Shown here one piece after another: positions 1-13,833 of a DNA stretch of 64,000 bases. Location of the stretch: assembly GCF_009914755.1 (NCBI RefSeq), contig NC_060931.1; one strand, given 5' to 3'. Both the position numbers and the translations under genes were made by a program. The first letter of the stretch is position 1. Every line of letters starts with the position of its first letter. This DNA comes from the human T2T-CHM13v2.0 reference genome, Homo sapiens. Under the pieces are notes generated by a model. It was not told the origin of the DNA. It did no database searches and was given only the letters and a program-made list of their open reading frames with translations.

Positions 1-2059
1 GCTGTCAGTGAGTTCTGCAGAGATTAAAAAAAATGCTCATCAAGAAGGATGAGGAGCTCAGATGCTGCAGGTTGGGCTCATGGGGACTGACACTTAATGA
101 CACTTCAGGCAGTAGAACGGTAGTAGATTTACTCTGAGGTTCTACTACTGAGGGCTACTCTTGGTCATCTGCTGTTTAACTGACTATACATATGAAATAT
201 GAAAAATTTTGCACTTATTACTTGTGGCTGACATGTGTAATAAATAGGAAATAATTTCATGGAGATCTTTTTCTTAAATCTGGGACTAAGACTTATGCTA
301 AGTATTACACAAAGCACATTTATTAGGTGCCTAGTTAATACTTCTGAAGTGTATGAATATATTTTTAAACAAAAATTTTTACAAGGGATATAATTCCTTT
401 GCTAGCTCTGAACCTATTTCTTGATCTTTTTAATATTTCATTTTTAAAGGATTTATAGCCCCTGATATTTTCAAAAGAATATACAAAGGCAGAAAGCATA
501 TTAAGTGAATTAAAAATCATAATATACACAGGTAAAAAGGAAATAAAGTATTAGTTAAGCATTGGATTTTTTTTCTAAATTTAAGGCAACAGGGCTAAAA
601 AATTGTTTCTATTACCATGATTTTATATAACAACTAAAGAAAACATGCAAAATCATTTGCAGCGACAAACTTTTTTTTCGAATTATAACTCAAGTAAGAT
701 TTTATTTTATGAGTGTTTGTATACAGACACACTGGAGTAATAGAGCTGGCATTGCGTACAATTTATAGAAATGCTATTTTAAAAGACTCCATATGAATAT
801 TTTGTAAAGGTTAAGGCTTAACATTAAATTAAAACTCATGGAAAGCGTTTCAAGTTGGGAAGGGATCTGAGACAAGAGTCCAAATAAATGCCACGGGACT
901 GATTCTCTCAAATATCTGACGGCATGTGCCACCCTCTAGCAGGTGTTGGGTGTTGGGGGTCAGTCAGTTAGTGATTGAATTCTCAAACAAGTACTTGTAG
1001 GACAAAAATTCTGTTCTTAATATAGAGTCACATGCTCAGGCCCAGCCCTAGGCTCAAAGAATCAGTCTCTAGGGGGAACAAAGGCCAGGAACCTATCTAT
1101 ATTTTTAGTAATGTTCTATTGGCAATTTTCAGGCTAGACATAGTTGGAAAGCAGTGCTTTAGGTCACAGTTTGGTTTATGGAGTTGCTTGGTTCAATTTA
1201 GTTTAGTTCAGGTTCTAAAAGTACCTCGACGGGTGGGACCTGCACTACTAACGAGAAAAAGTGAGACCAGAATAAAGCACAACAATGAAAAACTCTACCA
1301 ATGCCTTGTTTTTGTGCTGTTTCCTCCAACATTATTTGGTCATTGTTTTAACAATTGTGGAACACATTACCTTAAGAAAACTGTTTTAAAAACCCCATAT
1401 TTGGAGAATGCCTTCAGGGAAGATACCCCCATTCATCTCATTCCACGGTTCTGCTTTAATTACTTTATAGGAAAGAGAACCATGTTGTAACTGTAACTAT
1501 GAAGTAAAAATTTAAGCTCTAGAATTATGTTTTCATATAGAAAGCCAACTAGGTACATAGACAAGAGATAAAGCAACCATTTTCCTCAAAGGACTTCTAT
1601 GTATGCTTGACTGATTTCAAAATCCATTGCTATAAAACAGAAGATAAAATTTAATTCTGAAATTTTTAAGTTGGACTTTACAGCTCACTGTTTTTCCCCA
1701 TCTGCCTTTTACCTACTCCCACAGACTGCATCCATGTGTACATAGTTCTCCTTTAAAGCTATCCTTAAATTTAATTCTTACTAATCCAGGTATTCTAGCT
1801 AATTCTAGATATCACCTGTATAAAAGTGTTTCCAGGATTATGGGCGAAGAAGTTGAAAGGGGAATATGCTATGCAAAATGTGATTTATTCCACAGACTAT
1901 ACTTTTATAGGATTGAGGTAGGAAAAGCAAATCTGCCTCAACCTACAGATTAAAAATTAAAGATCAAAGTTTGTCTTGATAATAACTTTACCCAGGCAGG
2001 ATTCTTTCTTGACCTCCACAAGGTCAGAAGTCATGCTTTCTATCTGCACAGCTTCAGAA

Positions 2060-2220
2060 CTGACAAATACCTTTCAAATGCATTATCTCACTTAATCATT
2101 ATAACAACTCTGAGGGAGAACATATCCCCACAGGAACAGATGAGGAAGTTGAGGCACTGAGGAGTTCAGGGTTTGCCCAGTGTCACCCAGCTTGTGAGTG
2201 ACAAGGTCAGGCTTTAGGCC
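2060..2220 (-). mobile_element. MIR SINE fragment
   Basis: MIR core-like CAGATGAGGAAGTTGAGGCACTGAGGAGTTCAGGGTTTGCCCAGTGTCACCCAGC; boundaries approximate. Confidence 0.65.
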
Positions 2221-2677
2221 TTTGTGTCACAGGAATGGGTTTCAAATCCACCCCAGCCATCAGTCACTGACACATGGTGGAAAGAATGTTAAAGATGAAG
2301 AAATAGTTTCCTAGAATAAAGTTACAGCAGTCTGTGCATCCTTCTGCAGCTAATAACTGGGGCGTCAATTTCCTTTGAAATTCATGGCCCTAAATAATCA
2401 GCTTCTTAATGGAAGGTACAAAAGACTTAGTGCTATAATTTATGATGCTGATCCTCATCTACAATTAGATTTCACAGACCAGGAACTTGAGATATAAAAA
2501 ACCACTAACACAACATCTTTGCCAATATAGAAAATTACTAGTATGTTCATATCTTTACAATATCTATTTCTTATTAAAAAGAAAAATGCAATAGGCCATC
2601 TTCCATCTATAATAAGTTTGATAAGATCACCGTATTTAAAAATCTATATTTAAGGCAATGAGATAAAGATCTGCTTA

Positions 2678-2908
<231 letters not shown>

Positions 2909-5900
2909 TTAATGAAGTAGTCTTTTAAAAAGGAAACAAAAGAACAATTTGCGATTTGTTGAGTTCTGTCATAATCCTGGCAGCAGGAAGCAATATTAAT
3001 ACTGACTTTAAAGGCTTTCTGTTTAACAGAGGATGTATCTAAAAACATAACTGACATTAGAAACAGAACTTTATCTACAATATAATAAAATCCAAGGCTC
3101 ATCAGAGGCTCATCAGGGCAATTTATAGTTATAGAATTTGGCAAAACAACTAAGAAAAGCTAAATCTACATTTTAAATTTATAATATTACTGATCTTTTG
3201 GGGAGCATGCTAAAATATTACTTTTTCTGAAATAAAAATCAATTATATGTCCAAAAGGAATTCTAAAAACCAGAACAATTCCACAGTTTTTAATCACACT
3301 ATAATTAAATATTCTAGAAAAATTATAAAGTTCTCATGGAATTCCACTTCACATTGTTGGAGATTTAGTGTTTTTTCCTCCTCAATGTGTCATCAAAATT
3401 TCCCTCTAAATATTTCATGATTAACATCTTAAAACAACCCCATGTCAAATTCAGCCTTTCAATATGAGAAACTGTAAGTAAATATAATTTGTTACTCAAA
3501 TGCTACTCTTCAATTACAAATCATCACTCTCTATATTCTAATTGTTCTCTTACGATAAATAATAGCTTTCTGTTTATTTAATAATATTTCTGTAAGAATA
3601 AAGGTTAATTTTTTAAATGTATGTACTGTGAGGCAGGCCAAGCTAGGGGACTTAGGTGAATTAGAACATTTAATTCTCACAACAAGAGGGTGTGTAGCTG
3701 CTTGTGTTTTTCATTGTACTTTCATACGTGAAAGCTTATCTTTAGAGAGGTCCAGAAGCTTATCTCATAATGTGAACTTACCTTGTACGACTTTTATCTA
3801 TGCTAAAAGAGACTGCATATATAAGGTGCTCAGCAGAGCTCCCAAAACATAGTAGGAGCCTATAAAATATTAAATGTTAGCTCTAATTATAATAATATGA
3901 AAAGGTTGATTATCTGAATTTTTACTTTAAAAAGACAAGAAAATGTTTCTAGGTGCTACACAGATTTAAAGTCCCCAGTAGTAATTACACTATGTATATC
4001 CTCTCATTTATTTCAATAAAATTCATGTATCTGTAAGATATTCCACTTTTATTTAATGAACAAAAAATAAAAATTACATTAAGTACCTAAAATCTTGGTT
4101 AACTTATTTCTTATGAAGCATCCTATTAAAGGACATTTGATGCCTGAGATGAAGTCAAAGAAGAAACTAACGCTTCAGAATTTTCAACAGAGTTTTCTAG
4201 AGTGTGGTCATCACTTTTTAAAGATTTAGTTTTTCAAAGCCCTAATCATAGAAAGTTCTTTGCTTATCTCCTATATTGTCACTTGTTCTGCTTACAATTT
4301 TGTTAGATTTCCTTAATGTATAGCCCATCTGCAATTTAAAATATATTTATTCTCATATATGCAAATAAATTTCGTTTTATAGACATATTTCCTGTTTTAT
4401 ACAGATAAATAGCTTAATCATGCTACATTTATCTGCATACCTAGAAATAGTCATGCAGAAATGTGTTATGAGAAAGTTTCTTGGCAATAAATAATAAAAT
4501 ATTTATAAATAATACAAATACAGCTTTTGAATATGCCAGAAGTCTAAAATCTATTCATTTCATTCAATGTTTTTACATCCAGTTTTCTTAAAAAGTATCT
4601 AAAACTTTTTTCTTATGATCAGTGCTACTTTTTGGAGAATTATTATCTGGCTTTTCCTGTTCCACGTGACCCAGCTTCATGGCTCCTTTTCTGAGACCTG
4701 CTGCAAAGCCTGTGGTTGCCACCACACCCCTCAGAGGCTTTGAGCTGGGCAGCTGCCTGCTATCTACCCATCCAAGAGCTGCTGCCAGGCCTCCCAGAGA
4801 TGAGTCACAGCAGCTTTCTAACTCTGGGGAAATCCCATGCCTGCTATATTTGGAAATCACAGAGGCCAAGAGAACAGTAGGCCAACAGATTGGTGGCAGG
4901 CCTCTGAGGCACTAAACCCAATTTAGAGAATCACTTTATGTACTCTCCTTGAGCTTCATGCGGTGTGAGTCTACATGACTAATTTCCCATTAGATCTCTC
5001 AGAACAGGAGACAGCTGGGCAGGGAGTTGGACAGAGCATGATTACCCTGATATATAACTTTTGTTATTTCTTTTCCTAAATCTAATCTGGGATAAATAAC
5101 ATGAGTGTAGGCCATGCTCAAACATGTACATCCTACTGCACATATACATTTCTGTCTAGACCAGCAAGGACAAATGCATGGACTTTAGTGCAGTGGTTCA
5201 AATAGGTTTGGGCCACTAACCCTACACAAAAAGCAGAGGAACAAGCACTGCCTGGAGTAAAGGTGGAGGCTTCTAAAACCTGTCTACTACTCCTTCTCAC
5301 TAGCACACCTTCCAAACCCGTTATTTAGACAAAGAGCCCTGCTGCCAATTTTCAATCCTACAGTTGTCTAGCAGTCTTCCATTAGTATCTACTTGACCAC
5401 AGGTCCTCATACGTCAACAACAACATCTATTGAGATGCCTTGAGTAATCTGTATCTACAGCACTGAGACTAGATTTGAGAAGGAAGAAGTTCAAACTATA
5501 GAACAAGCTTTCAATTTGTAGGGACTCTCACACCTGACAGAGTTTCGAGTCCCTTTGAGAGCATAATGGTGAGGTGAGATGGTCCAAGGCCACTGTAGTA
5601 TAACTTTATAACTGTAATGATGAATTCCTAAGGAGGAAGGAAACTTTTCAATTATTCTGCTCATTAAGTGTATTCCAATTCTACAGGGCCAGCTTAGACA
5701 GCATGTAAGCATCCAATCACCACTGTAGTCAAGAACAAAAATCTCCCTGATCCAAACATAAATACCTACCAAAAGCCTTTGGGGAGTGGCAGAGTGGACA
5801 GGGAGTCTTCAGTCCAGGCCCACAGAACTGGCACTTGGACTTGCTTTTCATATATGAAGGTCATTTTAAATTTTAAACTTGCACATTTGTTGTCTACAAT

Positions 5901-6268
5901 TGATACCGGTAAACACCTGGGGGAAAACATTCACTTAAGGGGGTTTAAGTGTTCAAGCAATCTCTCCATACACATGTTTAATTTTACAGAAATTCCTTCT
6001 TTCATATCGTGTAAAAGTAATTTTTAACCCAGCCTTGACTGCATTATCATTAATGCTAAATTAGTAGGTTCTGATAAAATGTTTGGTGTTTGCTCATTTG
6101 TTTTTAGTTGCACTAGTAAATAGAAGCAAAAATTCCCCTATCAAGAATGCACAATTGTTTTCTTGTTTTTAGAGGGAAAAAATTCTGGATCAGTTTCCCT
6201 CCTGTCATTCTCATAAATGATATCTAACATAGGGAGGATCATTCCATGATTTATACAATTCAACTACA

Positions 6269-6573
<305 letters not shown>

Positions 6574-6876
6574 TTAACTACAAAGTATTTGGTGATATTT
6601 TCCCAATTGATTAAAATATTTGAGAGTGTAATTCTGAGAATACTTCCTTATCCCTAACCTTCAAAATTCTTAGGAAATCACTTACAATTTGAGCATATGA
6701 AACTTTAAATTGCTGAAAGACTCTACAAATTACTAATACACTATAAACTATTTAGGAAGGAAATTGTACCCTAAGTTATGGTTTATTTGTTTTCCAGAAA
6801 CCCTATATTATCACATATACTTAGACTATTACCTACAGTAAATTTTTAAATAAAATAATAAAACTAGTTAGTAATT

Positions 6877-6930
6877 ATTTTTTTTGAGACAGGCTCTCAC
6901 CCTATCAGCTAGGCTGGAGTGCAGTGCTCC
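6877..6930 (-). mobile_element. Truncated Alu 3' fragment
   Basis: TTTTTTTGAGACAGGCTCTCACCCTATCAGCTAGGCTGGAGTGCAGTG. Confidence 0.7.
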
Positions 6931-7213
6931 AGCCTTAACTTGTGAATCCTTACCCCACACTTATAAGAGAAATGCTACTGTTAGTCCCATTTTAAGGTAA
7001 TGAAAAAGGCTTAGAGAAATAAGAGGACTATCTGTTTGGCTTCCTATCTGAGTTTTCACCATCATAACACACCATAATATTTCATAATAAATTACATATT
7101 GCTTAGTTTTCTTTTCTATATCTTATTATTTCATCAGTTATATTAGGTATGTGGCATTTTAAAATTCTTGACTATATTTTATGTAGTTATAAAACATAAT
7201 GAAATACTTCTTA

Positions 7214-7321
<108 letters not shown>

Positions 7322-9349
7322 CTATTATAAAAGGAAAACCATATTAAAGAAGTGAAATGTTCTTTGTAAAATGAAATTCATTAAGGATTAAAATGAAAAC
7401 AAATTGTCATTCTTTCCATTTTCATTATTTGTTGATATACTTACAAAATATTCCTTCTCTGGGCAATGAGAACTCAGAGCTTTTAGCAATATTATGGGAA
7501 AATAAATAATTAGTCAGGTCTATTTAATATACTGAAACAAAAAGTTAAAATCAGAAAGACTCTTTCATAGAAGGCCATTAAGCACTGGTAGCAATGCAGA
7601 TGCATCATTAGTAAATGGATTAACCATTATGAATTACTTACCAGTGATGTTCTAAGATTTCAAAAAAAAAACAATAATTTTTGTACTTTTAAATGGAGTT
7701 TAAGAATTATAATGAAAAGTACACTTTAAAACAAGCATATCTTTGTGTTTTTTTGCATTTAGTACTAAACTGCACCCCAATCAGTCAAAAAATGTCATAA
7801 ATAACCCTTTGGAAATCATATCTCACTTACGATGGGAGTAAAGTAGTAAGGATCATAGTCCATGAAGCTTATGGAACATGCTCAAAAACACAAATCAATC
7901 CCTTCATACGGGCAAATATTAGTAAACATTTGCAGAGCCAATAGACTTACATCAAAGTCAATTCAGAAACAGCCAGTGCAAACAACACACAAAGCAAAGG
8001 CCAACAACAGGATATGGCTTCAAAACTTAAGGCCTATTTAACTTTATAACAGATATTAAATCATTCGGACACATCTGCAGTACCTCAAAAAAAAAAAAAA
8101 AACAAATGATTGTGTCAAAATCTTAGAATCCCAGCACTAACCTTCTGGCAATGATTGCAGCTGGAGGTGACACTGAGACAAAAGAGTAGGATAAAACTGA
8201 CTTCAACTAAAAATAAATATCTTGTGCGTTTTAAAACAAATATCAAAGATTTTTATACATTACATGTGTCAAAAAATAAGTTGCAGTCATTGAAAATACT
8301 GAGTTAGAACAGTAAGAATTTTGAAATAAATAATTTTAAACTTTTAACAATGTTTAAAAGGTATATATTTTGAAAGGCATATTACTCCATAAAGTTAAAA
8401 GAACCTCTCTCTCCAGGATTTGCCAAATTTCCATCATATTTAATTATTTCCTTGCTGTTATCTGTTGGGACACATGATCAATTAATTTCACACCGGACAT
8501 TAAAATTAAGACTAGCCATTAAACAAACTAGGAACTTTTGCTCAAATGAAACATACAAAAAATGCAAAATAGATTTTGTTTGAGAAACTTAATCATTTGA
8601 AAAGTTTACCCTGCAAAAAATTTAATCACATTTTCAATAAAAAGTATGATCCTCTACTATTTGTTACAATATCATGAAGCTTCAGCTTAGAAAAAAAATA
8701 GATTTTTTCAAATTAATAGCAATATTTTTATGGGTAGCCTTCCCTTAATCATCACAAATTTCATTATTATAAGTTTCATAAATTCCAATAAATGTCTTTA
8801 TTTTTAAATAATGCAGACTATTGAAGGGAGTGAAGAATATTTCATATCAGGAGGAAGAATTTTATTACCTGATTTTATAGTTGATGCTTAATTTTAACAG
8901 CTATAACAGAATGTAGTCCTTCTATCACTTCCAATGAGACATTTAACTGCTGTAATATCCTCAGATTTTACTTATTATGATGATGTGAAGACCGTCAAAG
9001 CAGAAGAAAATGTGAGTGTCTACGTGTGCATACTTTATTTTTGATTCCCCAATTTCTAAAACAGAGCTGATCTATTTTAGATACTTAAAATCTAAATATT
9101 TCAGATAAAAATCTACTGAATGAATTAGTAGACTTATATGATTAAATATTATATATTTAAGATACAAAAATTCTTGACTAAATAGAATATTTTAAAATAC
9201 TATACCTGTTACTATAAATGAATGTGAAAATGAGCTATTTACAGATAAGTCACTATATTATATGAAAGATATGGTAAACTTTCTTTTTTTTATCTTTTTA
9301 CTATATTTTTATACATATTCATAACACAGTATGTTAGTCATAAAGTATA

Positions 9350-10930
9350 TAATGAATGCACTCACAATGAACTCTTATGAAACCATCCCAGTACATGTGT
9401 TTCTCTCCTAGCCTAAGCCCTTACCTCTCCCCAACCAGAAGTAGTCATTCTGGATTTGGTGTTTAACGATCCATTCATTTAAAATACAGTTTTATTATAA
9501 TTGCATGAATGCTTAAAGCATATGGTTTAGTTTGCCTGTTTTTGAGCTCTACCAAAATGGCAAACTATTACAGGTGGTCTTCTAGTACTTTTTTTTAATT
9601 GAACATTGTGTTTAAAACACTTATCCATATTGCTGGGCAAGCTTAAGTTCACTATTGCTCTGAACATTCACTGTGTGAATACACCAAGATTAATATATTC
9701 TCTTGCTGATAGACTTTTGGGTCTCTATTGTTTTGTGGCTTTCCAGTGTTGTGCTATACAAATGTTGCTTGATGAGCATGATTGTACCTGCCTCCAGGAG
9801 GGCATTTGCAAGTACTTCTTTGGGGCATATTGCTAGAAGTAGGACTGCCAGATAATAAGGTACAGGGATACTCAACTGTATGAGATATTCAGTACTGCTT
9901 TCCAAAGTAGTGATGCCAACTCCCACATCCACCTGCAATGCATTTTACTGATGGCAAAATTTTCATTGTGATCTCCATCTGAATATTCCTCATTACCCAT
10001 AAGAGCAAGCTACTTAAGTTTATTGGCGTTTGTGTCTCCTCTTTAGTGAAATATCTGTTTCTTATTAAATTGCAGGATTTCGTTTTTATTTTAGATACTC
10101 TTAGTCAGCTATATGTGTTGAAAATATCTTCTCCCAGTTTGTGGGTTGTCTTTTTAAATCATGCTCTGGTTTAATGGTTGATAAACAGACATTCACAAAT
10201 TTCATATAGTGAAATTGATAAATTTTTTCTCTTAAAAATATTTAGGTCTTACTTAACAAATCCTTCCCTATCCATAGGTCAAAGAGATTTTTCTACATTT
10301 TAATATAATTGTTTAAAAATTTGCATTTTACATGTAATCCCTAATCTACCTAGACTTGAGACCTGGCATATATTCTGTTAGATTTATTCCTAGTACCTCA
10401 ACATTTTTGTTGCTATTAACAATGGTATTTTTAAAAACGTGTATTTTCTCAATACATGCTATTCATGTGTAGAAATATAACAGTAATTTATAATGATCTC
10501 ACAGTTCACTGCTAGCCTTTCTTAAGATTCTTAATAGTCTACAGACCATTTATATCATTGATGGTTTCCATTTCTTCTTTTTAAATCCTTAGGGATTTAA
10601 TTTCTTTTTCTTTCTTTACTGTACTGGCTGGGACCTCCAATACATTCTGTAATAGATTTATCAGACAGAGTCATTCTTGTTTTGTTCCTGAATTTAAATG
10701 AAATTTCTCTAACATTTTACTATGAAGAATGATGTTTGCTATTACTTTTGGTAAAAACTGGCAAATTAAGGAACTTCACTTCTATTCCTAGTTTGCCAAG
10801 AGCTATTTTTTCTTATCAAGAATAGGTAGTAAATTTTAATAAACACTTTTTCCATAACTATCATGACAATTATGCTGTTTTTCCTTCTTTAATCTAATAA
10901 TGTGGTGAATTGCATTTATATATTTCTTTT
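9350..10930 (-). mobile_element. Old L1 (L1M-type) fragment
   Basis: T-rich antisense L1-like segments, e.g. GGAACTTCACTTCTATTCCTAGTTTGCCAAGAG and GCTGGGACCTCCAATACA; boundaries approximate. Confidence 0.7.
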
Positions 10931-11339
10931 ATAACTTTTACTGAATATTTAAAAAAATTAATTTGACAATAGCTCAAACTAACATGCTTCTTCTAAGTAC
11001 CTGTCTATCTTATAGTTACACTGCCTTAAGGAATATGATTTATAGATAGAAATCACTGAACAGTTAATACAAACTTCAATTCCAACTGAATTGGCCAATG
11101 TGGAAGCTCACATCCACAGTACACAGCTGACTAAAACTTTGGAGAAAAATTCATAGTATGTAATCCTCTGAAAGGCTGTATTCTTTTAGTTTATACATCC
11201 ATTCATTTTTTTAAAGTATTGTATTAATTCCTACTAAAGATTCAATGTAACAGTTGTTTTGTTGTTGTTAATTTCTAGTATCTCCCAGCTACAATGCTAG
11301 GTGCTGGTGAGGACCTGATGAATGGTAACATCACCATCA

Positions 11340-11775
11340 CTTCTAGAATAAAGGCTAAACGTACCAGGATGGCTTACAGAGCCCTCAAAGATCTGCCCCT
11401 ACCAGCATCAACGCCTCCCATTCCCATCATTTACCTACTAGGGTACATCCTATTCCAGCCACACTTATAGTTCTCTGAGACCATGTGACTTTTCTTATAC
11501 CTCTAAGATTTTGATGTGTTGTTTCCTCCGCCCAAGATGGCCTTCCTTCTACTTTGTCAAGTAAATTCTTTACCTTCTTACAACTCTGCATCAAACAGCA
11601 CCTTCTTACTATAGCAGTTATTACAGTGTTGGCTAAGTATTTGTTTACATCCCAGTCCTCCAACCCCTGAATTGTAAGAAGACTGGGCAAGATTCACCTA
11701 TTATTTATCATTCTATCCCTAAGCACCTATCACAATGCTTGGCAAGTAGCAGGGGTATATGTCTGTTGATGGCTA
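11340..11775 (+). mobile_element. L2 LINE 3' fragment
   Basis: L2-like AGAATAAAGGCTAAAC...GCCCTCAAAGATCTG and 3' end CACAATGCTTGGCAAGTAGCAGG. Confidence 0.6.
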
Positions 11776-12058
11776 TATTTCAATGAACATAAAACTTGAA
11801 TTCAAAATACAGAGCAAATAAGTCTATCAAGTCTACAATTATTTTCTCAAATAGAATTCATATTATAATAATCTCTTTTAAGGTCATATTTTTTTCACAA
11901 ATTTAGACTGTCATTTTTAATATAAAAGCTGAAACAAAAACTTTATAAACAGAGAAGAATGGCACATTTCCAAATGTTATCTACTGTGTTTCCATGCACA
12001 AAATATTAAAAACCACCATCAGGTAACTTTAGTTTCAACACTTAAAACTCAAATTACA

Positions 12059-12060
<2 letters not shown>

Positions 12061-12089
<29 letters not shown>
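12061..12089. repeat. (AC)14 microsatellite in SGCE intron 3
   Basis: Directly visible perfect dinucleotide run. Confidence 0.97.
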
Positions 12090-12094
<5 letters not shown>

Positions 12095-12114
12095 GTATAG
12101 TTTTGCTCTTTCTA

Positions 12115-12303
<189 letters not shown>

Positions 12304-13605
12304 TTAAGACATAAGACAGTTATTTTCACACATGTTGCTTTGGTAGTTTCAATCAAAACATTCTGTCTAAAATTTTTTTCTTACATTTGTAGCCAACTAA
12401 ATACACACATACAAAACCCATCTGGGAATTTAAATTAGGGCACCACGTTAAAAAAAATCCTTTTGGTTGTTTAATTTGTTTCAAAATCTGATGCAACAAA
12501 GAAAGCAGATTCATACAATTTTCTTGGAAATATATTTTTGGTCACCTAACAGTGATATAGTTCTGCCAGTGAGACAACTATCTTTCAGGAGAATTCCCTA
12601 ATCATGCTGATGTACTCATTCTTTTGCGAAATATTCCGTTCATGAAACTCTGGACACTATCATATGAGTATGAAAGATATTCCAAAATTATAAAAGTCTC
12701 ATCAAAACAAAAATAATGTAATTTTAAAACACTGGAGGATAGGATGAAAAAGACGTTACAAATCCATAACAACTGTACTAACGACAGCATTTATTAATCA
12801 CAAGCAATAATAACAGCATCATTTATTAGCACATCCTGGCCCTGTGTTAAATGCTTTACAAGCCGTATTTCATCTTCTTGAATACTATTAGGAACATGGC
12901 TAACTATATTGTGGAAGAGTTTTCAGGTACAGTATTCATCATATAATCTTCAAAAAGAATAGTTATATCAATTCTAATGCTAAAAACATTCTTATACAAT
13001 ATAATTTTCAGAAAATTCACTTTTATTTGCTGCTTAAGGAAGAGCTGTAATGATATGTTTTCTCTTGCTATTCTTTGTATATCTTCATTAACTTGATGGC
13101 ATTTATGATCACTCAAAATAACATATTTAAACCAATAGTGAATTAAGTAAGACTTCATAATTGGTATCACTTAAAAGGAAAAATTAATCTCCATAATATT
13201 ATTATGGAGTTATATAAAATTATCTCCTATTGTAAAAGCTTTTTAAAAGCTCTTACCTAATGCCATTTTTCATTCTCCTCTACAACATATGTATAGTTTT
13301 CCAAAAATCAATGTACTATGTGAGAATCTAGGTCTTAATATAGAAAATCATAAGTTTACAGCTATAATTATTTCCATGTGAATATAGGTAGATCACTTGT
13401 CAGAGACATAAAACTCAAGACTGAGAATCCAGAAATATGCTTTCCTTAACATTCAAAAATAAATTATTTTTGTCTGTAATTAAATTTCTAATCTGTAAAT
13501 GAGAAATATCCTACAACAATTTATCACATATTTAGACCATTTGAAATAATGTTAATGATATTTTATCATATATGTCTATATTATGCAAATTAAACAAAAA
13601 ATTTA

Positions 13606-13833
<228 letters not shown>

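Noticed and set aside
1032-1490. 152-aa plus-strand ORF in SGCE intron 5
   Set aside because: No recognisable domain, composition looks random, and it is antisense within an intron
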